Positions 62,499 through 64,000 of a DNA stretch of 64,000 nucleotides are shown here, one piece after another. Below the pieces are notes generated by a model. It ran no database searches. It was not told the origin of the DNA and worked only from the letters and a program-made list of their open reading frames with translations. The stretch lies in contig CATNEN010000007.1 in the NCBI GenBank assembly GCA_950097015.1, positions 2,666,001-2,730,000 of the forward strand, written 5' to 3'. Both the position numbers and the translations under genes were made by a program. Position 1 is the stretch's first letter; each line of letters opens with the position of its first letter. The stretch comes from Macrostomum hystrix (Eukaryota; Animalia; Platyhelminthes).

Positions 62499-64000
62499 AC
62501 TGGTTTTATCTTGTTTTTAGTGCTTCAGATCGGTTCTGATCCGATTTCGTCTGCTAACTGGCTTGATCAATGATCAATAAATTCACGAGATCGCATTTAG
62601 CAACAAAAATTAGCTGTCTGTTTGTTTTGGAATTTGAACTGCAAGGAAAAAGACAAAAGTGTTTATTTAACTGTTGATTTAGTCGTCACTTTTCTACGTT
62701 AGTTCGTTCATAAGGGTATTTTATGAAACCCGTAAACGGTCGTTCTTTAAACAGCAGCGAGTAGCTCAACCACTCGAGTTGATCTCGCCCTTCTTAAAGT
62801 CAGTCACAGGGTAAAAATGAATTGTTGAAATAGCCGATTTCCAATTGTCTGGGGACTCTTGGAAAAGTTGTGTATGCACTCTTCACATGAGTGGAGCGTG
62901 TAGTCTTAAGGCGCGAGCAGCGAGCAACTCTTGGCTTAAGTTTTTTTTGAGAAGGTTAAGTTCTTCTCAGGCGAACTCGCCTCAAGAGAACTGCTTCATC
63001 AGTTCCACTCTTGTGGAGGTCAATTTGTGTTCAGGAGGCCTCGGGGACTCGTGAAGAGTGAAAATTTAAATAACTCGGAGCCAGACGGACAGGCATGAGA
63101 TGCTGCTGGTCCTATAGTGCTTGACCAAGTGCTCACAGTGCGGGCTGCTGCTGATCGATACGTGCTAAGTCCAACTGCCAGTCGGGTCTCCTGGATTTCT
63201 CGGATGATGTGACACGCGATACGTGTTGACTAGTTCAGCTGGGACTCAGTTGAATGTGGCTACGCAGAATTAGCAAAGTGTGCTCTCTCTCGCTGTATCG
63301 CCTGCTGCTGTATTTCTTTGCTCAGCGTGTCTCGTCTCGAATGTTTTCATCGCGCTCGCTAACTTCAATTCGTCATTTTCTCGGTCCCGGAGGTTTCCAC
63401 CGCCTCAATAAGTCCAGTGGATGTTTTGTGTCATCTCTCGCATTTCAGTATCACTGCGCACTTTTCTCCTATTTTCGCTCCGAATCCAGGGTTGTAACCA
63501 GCTATTCAGTCCATGGAATAGGCGTCGCCACACCCAAATTCCTACCCCAGCCAGCGCTGATACCTATTTTACAGATAGATGAACTGAAGTAATTATAAAC
63601 CAGTTTCTTCCGAAACCTCAACTCGGTCAGAAGTCAGATTATTTAGCCACTGGTCTACGCTCGTACAATCTGCCCAGCCCCTTAAAATCGGGGCTAGTTG
63701 TGTTTTGTACAGCTCATACACTCGAGCCCACGACTCTTCGTGATTACATCGTTCAAATCAATTAACTCTCTGTGTGCCTGTTTTTCCCCGGTCTGTTCTC
63801 ATTCTCTCAGACACAACATTGTCACCGCCAAGATTTTTTACTATTCAAATCGATGATGCTTCAGGGACACCGGGCTGCAGCTCACAAAAACAGTATTTCT
63901 TATCGCACCGCTCAATAGGTCGCGTGGGAGAATTTCCCAGCTGGCGAAAAACATGTCTTGCGTCTGTCCTTCCACCATTCTCAATCCTCGTTAATTTGTT

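Noticed and set aside
62740-63600. Possible coding remnant on the minus strand
   Set aside because: Frames are broken by several stops and I recognise no domain.

Overview
Intron-containing metazoan genomic DNA in the standard genetic code, with GC-rich exons, short GT-AG introns and many minisatellites. The style would fit a free-living flatworm such as Macrostomum, but the sequence alone cannot prove that. From start to end the window holds: the last exon of SF3B3; four head-to-tail caspase-like (C14) genes on the minus strand (2.1-13.6 kb); a C2H2 zinc-finger plus TALE-homeodomain gene; NUDT5; a SUEL-lectin/CUB single-pass receptor; a USP-family gene; tRNA-Leu(TAG); a fifth caspase-like gene with an in-frame TGA; three intronless PAN/apple + C-type-lectin genes; a gypsy integrase remnant; a beta-tubulin pseudogene with an RFX X-box; a MITE; and WDR46/UTP7. 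A tRNA-derived SINE family occurs about 8 times. The main finding is that four of the five caspase-like proteins appear to carry an N-terminal, catalytically dead second caspase fold fused in front of an active-site-intact caspase domain (a pseudocaspase-caspase single chain), and most have remodelled S1 specificity residues. This comes from by-eye alignment and needs structural confirmation. All exon models are manual predictions from splice signals and frame consistency.
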